A DNA stretch of 42,254 nucleotides from Coleofasciculus sp. B1-GNL1-01 (GCA_040220235.1 JAVJTO010000028.1); one strand, 5' to 3'. Positions 29,151 to 38,061 are shown, numbered from the stretch's first letter. Program-made: numbers and translations. Notes: generated from the sequence alone by a model not told the origin.

Positions 29151-30215
29151 CTAGTTATTGGTGGTACTGAGACCTTCGACTAAAGCATGATAAGCTGGTT
29201 TGGGACGATAGGATTTATCAAAGATTAAGGGCAAGTCAGGCTGACCGACAAAGCCGGGAATCCAGGTAAATTTATCGGTAAATCCCCAGGTGGCAAATGC
29301 AGTACAATTAGGCGCTTTTAGACAGACGCCTAACATGTCCTGATAAACCGTTGCCTGTTTGACTAATCTCTCTTCTTCGGTTCCTGTACCGTTGTGGATT
29401 TGGACATCCATTTCAGTAATATGTACCTCTAGTCCTAACTCCTCCAACCGCTGGATATTGGCGGCTACGTCTTCGGGTTTAGGCGGATTTTTAATACTTT
29501 TGTGCATCTGCAAACCGACGCCATGAATGGGGACATCTTTCTCTAGCAAATCCTTGACGAAGGCGTAGATTGCATCCGATTTTTCGCCTAATCCTTCTCC
29601 ACCATAATCATTATAAAATAAGAGCGCGTTGGGATCAGCTTCATGCGCCCAGCGAAACGCTAACTCAACATAGTCTGACCCAATTCCTTGCTGCCAAATG
29701 GTTTTTCTGAGAGAATCTTTATCACCAACGGCTTCATTGACGACATCCCAGGCAACAATATCACCTCGGTAGTGACTGACTACGGTAAAGATATGTCGCC
29801 GCAAAATCTCCATTAATTCCTCCCGCGTCCACTCGGTTTCAGTTAACCAATCAGGTAAACTGCGATGCCAAACCAAGGTATGACCGCGTATCTGCATTTG
29901 ATTGGCTTTAGCAAAGGTAACGATTTCGTTAGCAGCGGTAAAATCGTAGCGATCGCGTTCTGGATGAATCAGCTTAAATTTCATCACATTCTCAGGCGTA
30001 ACCATGTTGAACTCTCGCGCCAATACCTCTCGATAGGTGGGATCGTTGCGAAGGGCTTTTATTGATACGGCTGCGCCTATGTAGATGTTTTGTTCTTGGG
30101 CTAAAGCACGCAAAGTCATATCGCCTGGTTGGGAGATGGCAGGGATAGACATGAGTAATGTTGCTGTTAATCCTAAGAGAATTAAGGCGCTAAAGCAGAG
30201 GATTTTTTTAACCAT
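29151..30215 (-). CDS. Secreted endo-1,4-beta-xylanase, glycoside hydrolase family 10
   Basis: Signal peptide, TPENVMK, RGHTLVWH, WDVVNEA (acid/base Glu), YNDY, GLQMH, ITEMDV (nucleophile Glu), WGFTD. Confidence 0.93.
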   Translation of the reverse strand: MVKKILCFSALILLGLTATLLMSIPAISQPGDMTLRALAQEQNIYIGAAVSIKALRNDPTYREVLAREFNMVTPENVMKFKLIHPERDRYDFTAANEIVTFAKANQMQIRGHTLVWHRSLPDWLTETEWTREELMEILRRHIFTVVSHYRGDIVAWDVVNEAVGDKDSLRKTIWQQGIGSDYVELAFRWAHEADPNALLFYNDYGGEGLGEKSDAIYAFVKDLLEKDVPIHGVGLQMHKSIKNPPKPEDVAANIQRLEELGLEVHITEMDVQIHNGTGTEEERLVKQATVYQDMLGVCLKAPNCTAFATWGFTDKFTWIPGFVGQPDLPLIFDKSYRPKPAYHALVEGLSTTNN

Positions 30216-30387
30216 TTGAATCTAATTTATTTAAGTAACATATTATGGTACAATACAGAGTTTACTATCAAGCTGATCATTCAATATTTGTATCAATTTT
30301 GTGGGCAATGTAGTTGAGCAGATATCACTAACTGCTAAAATCCTTACATTTCTCTTATCTCTAAGCGGTAATCAAATACTTTTTCCC

Positions 30388-30762
30388 TCATACACCTGTT
30401 AAACTGGGTACTCGGTTAGCTTGGGCTTTTTGTAAATCCACGGTAAGATTTTCACCACTGCGACGCGCTTCCCAGGAACCGGATTCACCGCTACCGATAC
30501 TCCACTGTCCGTGCATAAAGTCTTCCGATTCCGAGATTGTACCAGTGTAACTAATGGGATAGTTGGAACTCGCTAAATAGCGTTTAATAAAGCTAATCCG
30601 GCGTCCAATAACTTCCCCCGTTAGTGAGGCTTCGCCCAAGTAGCTGTCATCTAAGATATTACCCGTCACGGTATTGCCACTATGTAGCAGTGTTGCCTCA
30701 AATCTCGTGGGAACGCCCCACTGCCAATAGGTTCCCAGCCAAGTACCATTTACATCTGCCAT
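30388..30762 (-). CDS. Hypothetical small beta-rich protein
   Basis: 124-aa ORF with plausible composition (NGTWLGTYWQ...ISFIKRY...YTGTIS...GQW). Confidence 0.7.
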   Translation of the reverse strand: MADVNGTWLGTYWQWGVPTRFEATLLHSGNTVTGNILDDSYLGEASLTGEVIGRRISFIKRYLASSNYPISYTGTISESEDFMHGQWSIGSGESGSWEARRSGENLTVDLQKAQANRVPSLTGV

Positions 30763-30842
30763 TGGTGAAACGTTTAGAGGATAAGGGATGCGATCGCTAT
30801 TTTAACTAAATCCAACTCAATTCTGAAACCCATCCACCTAAA

Positions 30843-30992
30843 TTAAACAATCATCGCTGGTTTTCTCCAAATGGGAATAATATTATTAACTGTGAATCGA
30901 TTAGCACTCAAACGTTCTTGCGAGTGGCAATATTTACATTGATAGTTAGCACGTTCTCGAACAATTTGTCTGGTTTCTTCGTGAATTGCCAT
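30843..30992 (-). pseudogene. Truncated HNH endonuclease
   Basis: Manual translation MAIHEETRQIVRERANYQCKYCHSQERLSANRFTVNNIIPIWRKPAMIV*. The CxYC motif is present, the expected DHIIP reads NNIIP, and the remainder is lost. Confidence 0.75.
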
Positions 30993-31059
30993 GTTGGGCT
31001 GCAATCATCGCATTGATATGAGTAAAAATACGATCAAGTTCTCCAATCGCATCGAGTTC

Positions 31060-31183
31060 TAAGTAGGTGGACACAATTAAAGTGAACGGTTGAGATTAGG
31101 GAACAGGGAACAGGGAACAGTAAGGGTTTGAGGGCAATTTGCAAAACTTAACACAGTACCGTTTTCTTTTGTCCGACTACTTA
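31060..31183. mobile_element. MITE family A
   Basis: TAAGTAGGTGGACACAA...TTGTCCGACTACTTA with internal (GGGAACA)3; homologous to 4102-4218. Confidence 0.82.
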
Positions 31184-31184
31184 C

Positions 31185-31290
31185 TAAGTTGTCATGCATT
31201 TAAATTGGGTATTAGTAGCGAGCAAGATGCTAGCACTACTACAAGGATTGCGCCATTATTGATATTAAGGTTTAAATGCCGAACAGCTTA
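31185..31290. mobile_element. MITE family B (TAAGTTGTCATGCATTTTAAA...TTTAAATGCCGAACAGCTTA) containing a GTAG REP
   Basis: Imperfect TIRs and an internal gtagcgagcaagatgctagcactac hairpin. Confidence 0.78.
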
Positions 31291-31692
31291 TCTCTTCAGG
31301 TGTGAGTTGGTCAGCTTTTTTTTCTCTAAAAGCTTTTCCATGCGAATTTGGAGGCAACCGCTGAATTTAAACAGATTCCACTGATCAACTTTTTTCAGGC
31401 GAATTTCATGTAAAAGTGAGGATGGTTTAGTAAGGGTTGTAACCATTTTAAATTTTCGCAGGTGTCAAGGTTTAGTGCTAATTATTATAGTAGAATTGAG
31501 CCAACTCCTGAAATAATTATCTATTATATCAATCAGGAGCCTAAGTGGAGCAAGACGGCACAACCCAAAACAATAGGGGTCTGAGAATTCTGCCGCGATC
31601 GCTAAATTGTTCATGGGTGTCTCTGCCTTTGAGCCTTCTTGTACTAGAGCGATCGCGCTTATAATGCAGATCAGGGAAAACAATACAGATGA

Positions 31693-33303
31693 ATGAGCAA
31701 TTATCCAGATTTTGACCAATACGGTTATCACGTTATTCAAGAGCTAGGACGCAACCGCGAAGCCGGACGGATTACTTACTTGGCAACAGCCCTTAATCAA
31801 AAGCAAAAGGTTGTGATAAAAGAGTTCCGCTTTGCCTTAGCGGATGCAAGTTGGTCAGGCTATAAAGCCTATCAACGGGAGATTGAAGTTCTGCAACAAC
31901 TGGATCATCCCCGGATTCCCCGTTATTTAGATTCCTTTGAAACGCCACAAGGGTTTTGTTTAGTACAGGAATATAAAAATGCCCCATCTTTAGCCGAACG
32001 ACGTAGCTTTACTCCCCAACAAATTAAGCAAATAGCGGTGTCAGTCTTAGAAATATTAGTTTATTTGCAACAGCGAGTTCCGCCGATTATCCATCGGGAT
32101 ATCAAACCCGAAAATATCTTGGTGGATAAGCATTTGAATGTTTACTTGGTTGATTTTGGCTTTGCCCGAATTCGGGGTAAGGAAATGGCACTCAGTAGCG
32201 TGGCGGCGGGAACTCCCGGATTTATGCCACCGGAGGAACAATTTGGGCGTTCCCTGACAGAATCTGCTGATCTTTATAGTTTAGGGGTAACATTAATTGG
32301 CTTACTTACAGGTACGCGATCGCTCGATATTGGTAAATTAATTGATGATAACTATCGCTTTGATTTCAAGGGGCTAGTTCCCCAACTTAATCCCGGCTTT
32401 ATCGCCTGGTTGGATAAAATGGTGGCACCGAATGTAAAACAGCGCTTCGATAATGCGGCTACTGCTTTGGATGCGATAAAGTCAAAGCAATGGGATGATA
32501 AAGCTAATAGGTTAGAGAGTGTAGTCAGTGCCATAAAAGGTAGGAAGCTAACGTATGTATTGGGGTTAGCTACTCTCGGTATTGTCGCCTTGGTGGGGAC
32601 AACGATCATAGTTCCTCAGCCGGATATAGTTCCTCAATCGGATCGGCAAGTTAGGCAGTTGCTGGAGAGAAACGAATGCGTCAGATGTAATCTCCAGGGA
32701 GCTAACCTGAGGGCTGCCAACTTGAGGGATGCCAACCTGGAAGGTGCCAACTTGAGGGATGCCAACCTGAAGTATGCCAACTTAGCGGGTGTCAACTTGA
32801 GTGATGCCATCCTGGAAGATGCCATCCTGGAGAATACCTTTGTGTGGGGTGCTAACCTAAGCATTGTCAACTTGAGGAATGCCAAGCTGATAAATGCCAA
32901 TTTAGGGCTTGCCAACCTGAGGGCTGCCAAGCTAGAGAATGCCAACCTAGGGCGTGCCAATCTGGGGGGTGTAGATCTAACGGCTGCCAACCTGGAGAGT
33001 GCCTTCCTAGGGCATACCCACCTGTTAGATGCCAAATTGTTGAATGCTAACTTAAAAAATGCCAGTCTACTGAATGCTAACCTAGGGCGTGCCAACCTGG
33101 AGAATGCCAACTTGAGGGATGTCAACCTGGAAAATGCCTTCCTAAGAGATGCCAACCTAAAGAGTGCCAATCTAGAGGATGTCAACTTAAGGAATGCTGA
33201 TTTAGGGAATGCCAATCTAAAGGATGCCCACTTAGAGGGGGCTAACTTAGAGGGTGTCAACCTAAAAGATGCAATTATGCCCGATGGAACCAAACATCCA
33301 TAG
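31693..33303 (+). CDS. Hanks-type Ser/Thr protein kinase with TM helix and C-terminal pentapeptide repeats
   Basis: VVIKEF, HRDIKPEN, DFGFA, GTPGFMPPE, DLYSLG; TM segment YVLGLATLGIVALVGTTIIV; long A(N/D)Lxx repeats ending MPDGTKHP. Confidence 0.95.
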   Translation: MSNYPDFDQYGYHVIQELGRNREAGRITYLATALNQKQKVVIKEFRFALADASWSGYKAYQREIEVLQQLDHPRIPRYLDSFETPQGFCLVQEYKNAPSLAERRSFTPQQIKQIAVSVLEILVYLQQRVPPIIHRDIKPENILVDKHLNVYLVDFGFARIRGKEMALSSVAAGTPGFMPPEEQFGRSLTESADLYSLGVTLIGLLTGTRSLDIGKLIDDNYRFDFKGLVPQLNPGFIAWLDKMVAPNVKQRFDNAATALDAIKSKQWDDKANRLESVVSAIKGRKLTYVLGLATLGIVALVGTTIIVPQPDIVPQSDRQVRQLLERNECVRCNLQGANLRAANLRDANLEGANLRDANLKYANLAGVNLSDAILEDAILENTFVWGANLSIVNLRNAKLINANLGLANLRAAKLENANLGRANLGGVDLTAANLESAFLGHTHLLDAKLLNANLKNASLLNANLGRANLENANLRDVNLENAFLRDANLKSANLEDVNLRNADLGNANLKDAHLEGANLEGVNLKDAIMPDGTKHP

Positions 33304-33423
33304 ACTTGGCAAAGAAGATACTTGAGGAATAGGTTTTAGGGAAAGTGCTGTTTGGGTTTATTTGAGCGATAGCTTGTATATTAGGCATTCTTCGTAAAAT
33401 ACAGTCAATAGTACAAAAACACC

Positions 33424-33501
33424 CCCGCGATCGCATCCTTACGTGAGTCTTCAGTTTAGTCTGGGTTGTATGATTTAACAGGGAGAAGAGATGACTTTAA
33501 G
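33424..33501 (+). repeat. HIP1-anchored ~80-bp direct repeat, copy 1
   Basis: cccGCGATCGCatcc...gtgagt...gggttgtatgatttaaca.gga..agagatg.ctttaag, shared with 35709-35788. Confidence 0.85.
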
Positions 33502-33514
33502 GAGGAGAATCCTA

Positions 33515-33769
33515 ATGACGTTGCCAGAATTACAAAAGCAAGCTTTACAATTACCGATTGGCGATCGCTGGAAATTAGTGCAAACTCTGCTGGAGTCTTT
33601 ACAATGGGAAACTCGTTCCGTGGTGAAAAAGGGTAACTTGTCTCGGTTGCGAGGTATTGCTAAAAGTACAAATAAGTTGAGTGATGAAGACATTACCACA
33701 GATTATGTTAACTATCTCACTACAAGTCCGACTAAATTAACAAAGGTAAAATATGACGGTTCAAGATGA
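33515..33769 (+). CDS. Small antitoxin-like (addiction-module-type) protein overlapping the restriction endonuclease start
   Basis: AGGAG RBS then MTLPELQKQALQLPIGDRWKLVQTLLESL...LSRLRGIAK...DYVNYLT. The family call is by resemblance only. Confidence 0.6.
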   Translation: MTLPELQKQALQLPIGDRWKLVQTLLESLQWETRSVVKKGNLSRLRGIAKSTNKLSDEDITTDYVNYLTTSPTKLTKVKYDGSR

Positions 33770-34418
33770 TCGTCGAGAAAACGAACTAATTAAGCTCTTT
33801 CAACTTCAAAAACCTGCTAACGCGACTCGCAGCGGTATAGATGCTATTCTCTATTTCAATGGATGCTATATCCCCTTTGAATTGAAATCAACAACAAGTT
33901 CTTCTATAACAACTGCTCGTGATTTTGGGTTAGATCATATTCAAAAATGGCAAGGTAAACACTGGCTATTTGGTTTCTACAATAAGACAGGGACAACATT
34001 AAACTATTGCCTGTACGGTTCTCCTCAATCCATGGAAAAATGGATCAGTGATAAAAAAGCGTATATCTTACCGGACTATACACTCGCTCAATTTGCACCT
34101 GAATTGCTAACTCTTAATCTACTATACGAAATTCTAGGGCAAAAACAGGTTTATACACTGGAAGACGCTCGCCGTCTGCAAAAAAAGCAGTATACAATTC
34201 AGCAGTATCGTAACCAGATGGATCTAAACCAGGGTTATTCACCTGAAAGAATGCTTTCCATCTTAAAGGATAGATGTCGGTATTTAATCGAGAGAGGTGC
34301 AACCTTAAATAATCCTCACATTCCAGCATCTTATTTTCAAGATTGGGAACGGATCACCGAAAATCATGCTCAACGTCTGCGCGAACTGGTAGCAGAAGCC
34401 CTTCAGGATAAAGCTTGA
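33753..34418 (+). CDS. Putative Type II restriction endonuclease (PD-(D/E)XK)
   Basis: GIDAIL...PFELKST catalytic-like motif; convergent with and overlapping a C5 methyltransferase. Confidence 0.75.
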   Translation: MTVQDDRRENELIKLFQLQKPANATRSGIDAILYFNGCYIPFELKSTTSSSITTARDFGLDHIQKWQGKHWLFGFYNKTGTTLNYCLYGSPQSMEKWISDKKAYILPDYTLAQFAPELLTLNLLYEILGQKQVYTLEDARRLQKKQYTIQQYRNQMDLNQGYSPERMLSILKDRCRYLIERGATLNNPHIPASYFQDWERITENHAQRLRELVAEALQDKA

Positions 34419-35599
34419 GCAATAGACACAGCTACTCGATATGCCATTGGTGGAGGAACAGCATTACCAATTTGACCTAAAGCTTTATAAACAGCACCGT
34501 CAAATGACCAATATTCAGGAAAACCTTGCAAAATGGCGCAGTCAGGTACAGATAATCTAAAATGACTATTATCTGGCACAAATAAACGCGCCTGTTCTCG
34601 ATTTAAAGCTACTCCATTGGGCCAAATTTGTAGTTTTTGCCAAATTTTCTGGGCGGAAACACTACTCAATACAGATGTGGTATGACGGGGACCCGTTAGA
34701 GAACTGCGAATAGTAGGAGATAAGGAATCAAATCCGATATCAGGAAGTCCTAATGCTTCACGCACGCCCATACATGATTGTAAACTGTCGGACTGATCAA
34801 GCAGCGAAAAGAGATCAAGCTGAATAGGATTTTTAGTATTATCCGTAGATAAATGATGCCAAACATGGGTGGGAGAAGGATGCTGGTAATTGGTCGCCAT
34901 TTTTTCTTGACGAAACCCTACAAAAAACACACGCTTTCTCTTTTGAGGAACTCCGAAAGATGAGGCGGATAGGATAACTTGAACCACTGTATAGTTTTGA
35001 CTCAGGGGACGTTCGATAACCTCTTTAAGATAAGATGTAAATTTTTTGCCCACCAATGCGGTAACATTTTCCGCAACAAAAGCAATTGGTTCAATTTCTA
35101 ACACCGCCCGGATGAATTCTGGAAACATATCTCGACTGTCTTCTTTCCCTTTCTGACGACCGGCGACAGAAAACGGTTGACAGGGGGGTCCACCATGGAT
35201 TACATCAACCAAGCCTCGATAATCTCGCCAGTCTACCTGTGTCACATTCCCAGCTTCTCCTGCAAACACTGTCCATTCTGGTTGAGCATTTCTCAACGTA
35301 ACACCAGACTCAGGTAAAATATCGTAGGATGCAACATGGGTAAATCCAGCGCGATCAAAACCCAAGTCTAGACCACCACCACCACTGAATAAAGAGAGCG
35401 ATCGCCAACCGTTATTCGCTAATTGTGGCATTAAATCTTCAGGATTGAGTCGAGGAACATTAATTGGATGAACCGGAGTTCTTCCCTCACCTCGGATAGC
35501 CTTGGCTTTGGCTTGACTCGACGCCTGAGAACGTTTCCGGTAAATCTCTCGTTCCTCATCAGTAATGTCCCAGCCTTGATGCCAAGATGATTTTGTCAT
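34403..35599 (-). CDS. DNA (cytosine-5) methyltransferase
   Basis: Motif I LFSGGGG, IV GGPPCQPFS, VI ENV, VIII PQKRKRVF, IX/X RLSV...LQGFP...QIGNAVPP. Confidence 0.96.
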   Translation of the reverse strand: MTKSSWHQGWDITDEEREIYRKRSQASSQAKAKAIRGEGRTPVHPINVPRLNPEDLMPQLANNGWRSLSLFSGGGGLDLGFDRAGFTHVASYDILPESGVTLRNAQPEWTVFAGEAGNVTQVDWRDYRGLVDVIHGGPPCQPFSVAGRQKGKEDSRDMFPEFIRAVLEIEPIAFVAENVTALVGKKFTSYLKEVIERPLSQNYTVVQVILSASSFGVPQKRKRVFFVGFRQEKMATNYQHPSPTHVWHHLSTDNTKNPIQLDLFSLLDQSDSLQSCMGVREALGLPDIGFDSLSPTIRSSLTGPRHTTSVLSSVSAQKIWQKLQIWPNGVALNREQARLFVPDNSHFRLSVPDCAILQGFPEYWSFDGAVYKALGQIGNAVPPPMAYRVAVSIAQALS

Positions 35600-35708
35600 C
35601 TGTCGTCTACCTTGTTCTAACTAAAAGAGTTCACCTTGATTGAGTATAAATCTATTACAGAGTTATATTCAACGGCAGGAAATGATTATGATGACCAATA
35701 ATAAAGTT

Positions 35709-35788
35709 CCCGCGATCGCATCCCTATCTGTGAGTATTCTGCTCAGCAGGGGTTGTATGATTTAACATGGAGGAGAGATGGCTTTAAG
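35709..35788 (+). repeat. HIP1-anchored ~80-bp direct repeat, copy 2
   Basis: Aligns with 33424-33501. Confidence 0.85.
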
Positions 35789-35839
35789 AAAGCCAGCAAT
35801 CACTTGAGCGTTGGTTGGCTACACGCAGTACCTTTGCTA

Positions 35840-35953
35840 GTTAACACCAAATGTGCTAAAAAACTACGTCAAATACAATCCATAGTACAAGAAAATCAGC
35901 AAATGTTGTTGGAGGTGTGGGATAGGTATTTTGGCGATTCGAGCCGACGATAG
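35840..35953 (+). pseudogene. DUF4160-like gene, C-terminal remnant
   Basis: AKKLRQIQSIVQENQQMLLEVWDRYFG resembles the DUF4160 C-terminus. The N-terminal part is absent, and it precedes a DUF2442 gene. Confidence 0.65.
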
Positions 35954-36194
35954 AGTTAAAAACGTCTACTTTACAGAGGAAACAATAACTGTAGATCTCA
36001 TGGATGGGCGGGTAATTTCTGTTCCTCTCACTTAGTATCCAAGATTACTAAATGCTACGTCTGAACAACGGGGAAAATGGGAAGTATGCGGTGGAGGTTA
36101 TGGGATTCACTGGGAAGAGATAGATGAGGATTTGAGTACAGAAGGAATGTTAAGGGGAGCGTTTGCTCCCAGAGCATCCTTGGCTAATGGCTAA
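35922..36194 (+). pseudogene. DUF2442-family gene with lost start codon and internal stop
   Basis: (ATA)GILAIRADDRVKNVYFTEETITVDLMDGRVISVPLT*YPRLLNATSEQRGKWEVCGGGYGIHWEEIDEDLSTEGMLRG. TAG at 36033 replaces the conserved W; GGAGG RBS at 35911. Confidence 0.82.
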
Positions 36195-36347
36195 GACAAC
36201 TTCTGACGCGATCGCACGCCGCACTCTCCGCAATTCCCCAAGTTAAGTTGGCAACATCTAATCAGATATTGGGTATAATCTTGACTGCCCCCATAATCGC
36301 TAATTAAAATATAAACAAGTAAAATTTTTTAGGGAGACTAGCGAGGT

Positions 36348-36848
36348 ATGAGTTCAGTTGCTGACAAATTAGCTAATAGTCCGATTGAACGGTGGGTTAA
36401 GAAAGTCGAGTTTGTTAGTTCTGCTAATCTTGAAGACATAGAGGGCAGTGCATCGGGTGTGTATACTTTTAATGAACTGGTTGAAGTTACAGACAGAGAA
36501 CAACTAGCGAAACGCTCTAAGCCCTCCTATTATTGGCAACCTGACGCTCATGAAAGATGGTGGCGTATTTGGTTTAAGGAGTCTAATCTAACAATTACGA
36601 TTGATTTACATTCCTCTGGCGGTAAATATCAAACGAATATGTATGAAATTGACTTGGAGCGGTGTTCAAGTGCAACAAGCTTTGTTGAGTGGATATACGC
36701 TGCAACCTTACATAAGCAGTGGGCTTGCCCAGAAATGCTTTGGGCTGTCATGGAAGTTGCTGACGAGATAAGCTACAAACGATTTGGAGAATCTATCTCT
36801 GATGCTTATTTGGCAAAAGGAGAATTAAACTGGGCAAAGCCTAATTGA
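36348..36848 (+). CDS. Hypothetical protein (166 aa, Trp-rich)
   Basis: GAGG/GGAG upstream, TATAAT upstream and a clean ORF; no family recognised. Confidence 0.65.
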   Translation: MSSVADKLANSPIERWVKKVEFVSSANLEDIEGSASGVYTFNELVEVTDREQLAKRSKPSYYWQPDAHERWWRIWFKESNLTITIDLHSSGGKYQTNMYEIDLERCSSATSFVEWIYAATLHKQWACPEMLWAVMEVADEISYKRFGESISDAYLAKGELNWAKPN

Positions 36849-36998
36849 GTTGGTGGGTGAACTAGGTAGGGCTTACTGAATAAGTTGTGAGGTGAGCAGG
36901 GGATGAGTAGATGGGCAGATTGCTCCCTCTATCCTTGCTTTCTATTTTAGCTAGTTTGGAGTGAGACGTTTATTGTTCATTTATTTATGTCTAAGAAC

Positions 36999-37331
36999 TT
37001 AGTAAATTTCCAGACAATCGAGTGAAGCATTTCTCATGAATTCTTGAATTGTCTCAGCGCCAGAACGAAGCCTTGCTTCCACCCTACTTGTTGGTGCATT
37101 ACCACAGCGTAACCAAAGCACTTTCGGGGGTGAACCATTAAGACGGCTACGCTCAGCAAAATCAGCATCCTGCGTCACAATACAAAACTCTTGAACTTTG
37201 GCAAATTCCCAAATATCACTGTCATCGGCTTCAGTCATACCCTCAAATTGAACATGACTAGAATCGGGGAAAATATCTGCAAGCCGAGTTACCAGTTTAC
37301 GGCTTAGGTTTTGGTCAAACAATAGCTTCAA
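36999..37331 (-). CDS. DUF5615 PIN-like toxin (VapC45-like)
   Basis: MKLLFDQNLS, DSDIWEFAK, IVTQDADF, PPKVLWLRCGN. Confidence 0.9.
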   Translation of the reverse strand: MKLLFDQNLSRKLVTRLADIFPDSSHVQFEGMTEADDSDIWEFAKVQEFCIVTQDADFAERSRLNGSPPKVLWLRCGNAPTSRVEARLRSGAETIQEFMRNASLDCLEIY

Positions 37332-37558
37332 GTATCACCTACCACAACAATAATACGACGTTCCCGATCAGCGGCAAATTCCAAACACGCTCGGATATCT
37401 TCCTCTGTCAGTTCCGGGAAATCATCTAAAATTTCCGCGTGGGACATTCCCGCCGCCAACCAGCCCAACACATCATACACGGTAATCCGCATTCTTCTAA
37501 TACAAGGCTTCCCGCCACGCTTACCGGGTTCAATGGTGATGATGTTTCTATAACTCAT
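37328..37558 (-). CDS. DUF433 antitoxin
   Basis: GKRGGKPCIRRMRITVYDVLGWLAAGMSHAEILDDFPELTEEDIRACL; 4-bp overlap with the toxin. Confidence 0.93.
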   Translation of the reverse strand: MSYRNIITIEPGKRGGKPCIRRMRITVYDVLGWLAAGMSHAEILDDFPELTEEDIRACLEFAADRERRIIVVVGDT

Positions 37559-37694
37559 AACTCAGTTAGATTGAGTAATCTTGATTATCTCAGTCTAGCC
37601 CAAAGGAGCACCTAATCAATAAGTATTTAAGTTAAAGGTTCAAACTCTGGGCTAAGATCAACTGTTTATTAAAATAGACTAAAACTCAAAATGC

Positions 37695-37961
37695 AGTCGC
37701 CTAAAGACGACTTTCGCTTTTAGCCTTGGGTTTAAACCCAAGGCGGTTGATGAGATGATGAAACTATCGCCCCAAAAACCTCTGCGTCCCTCTGCGTTAA
37801 CCTCTGCGCCCCTCTGCGTTAAAAAACACATCGCTTCCCAGGAATAAAGCCCCAACAACAACCCGACTTCGCTTCCAAAATCTAGAAACCTGTGAAAGTC
37901 GGGGCGGGTTTAGTCACATCTGGGTGCAACCGAAAAGATAGTCGTAAAACCCGCCCCTACA
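37695..37961. repeat. Repeat cluster: two hairpins (37695-37712, 37723-37744), CCTCTGCG tandem (37779-37823) and REPIN (37898-37961)
   Basis: GCCTTGGGTTTAAACCCAAGGC is a perfect palindrome. The REPIN is near-identical to 26741-26804. Confidence 0.8.
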
Positions 37962-38061
37962 GAGGCATCACATACCGTGAACAGCAAGAACAACGCCCCC
38001 TCACAACCAATGGCAGAGGCAGCGCTAAGATCATCAAGGACTATTACCCGCCATTGCCCTC

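Larger units (their letters stand above)
30946..31446 (-). pseudogene. Small HNH-partner (antitoxin-like) gene split by two MITEs and a frameshift
   Basis: MVTTLTKPSSLLHEIRLKKVDQWNLFKFSGCLQIRMEKLLEKK / (frameshift in A8 run) ADQLTPEE [MITEs] ELDAIGELDRIFTHINAMIAAQ... Confidence 0.72.

Noticed and set aside
31139..31740. ORFs 31139-31384 (+) and 31465-31740 (-)
   Set aside because: The first runs through MITEs antisense to the pseudogene; the second overlaps the kinase start and upstream region with no motif.
32634..33293. 219-aa minus-strand ORF
   Set aside because: Antisense shadow of the pentapeptide repeats.
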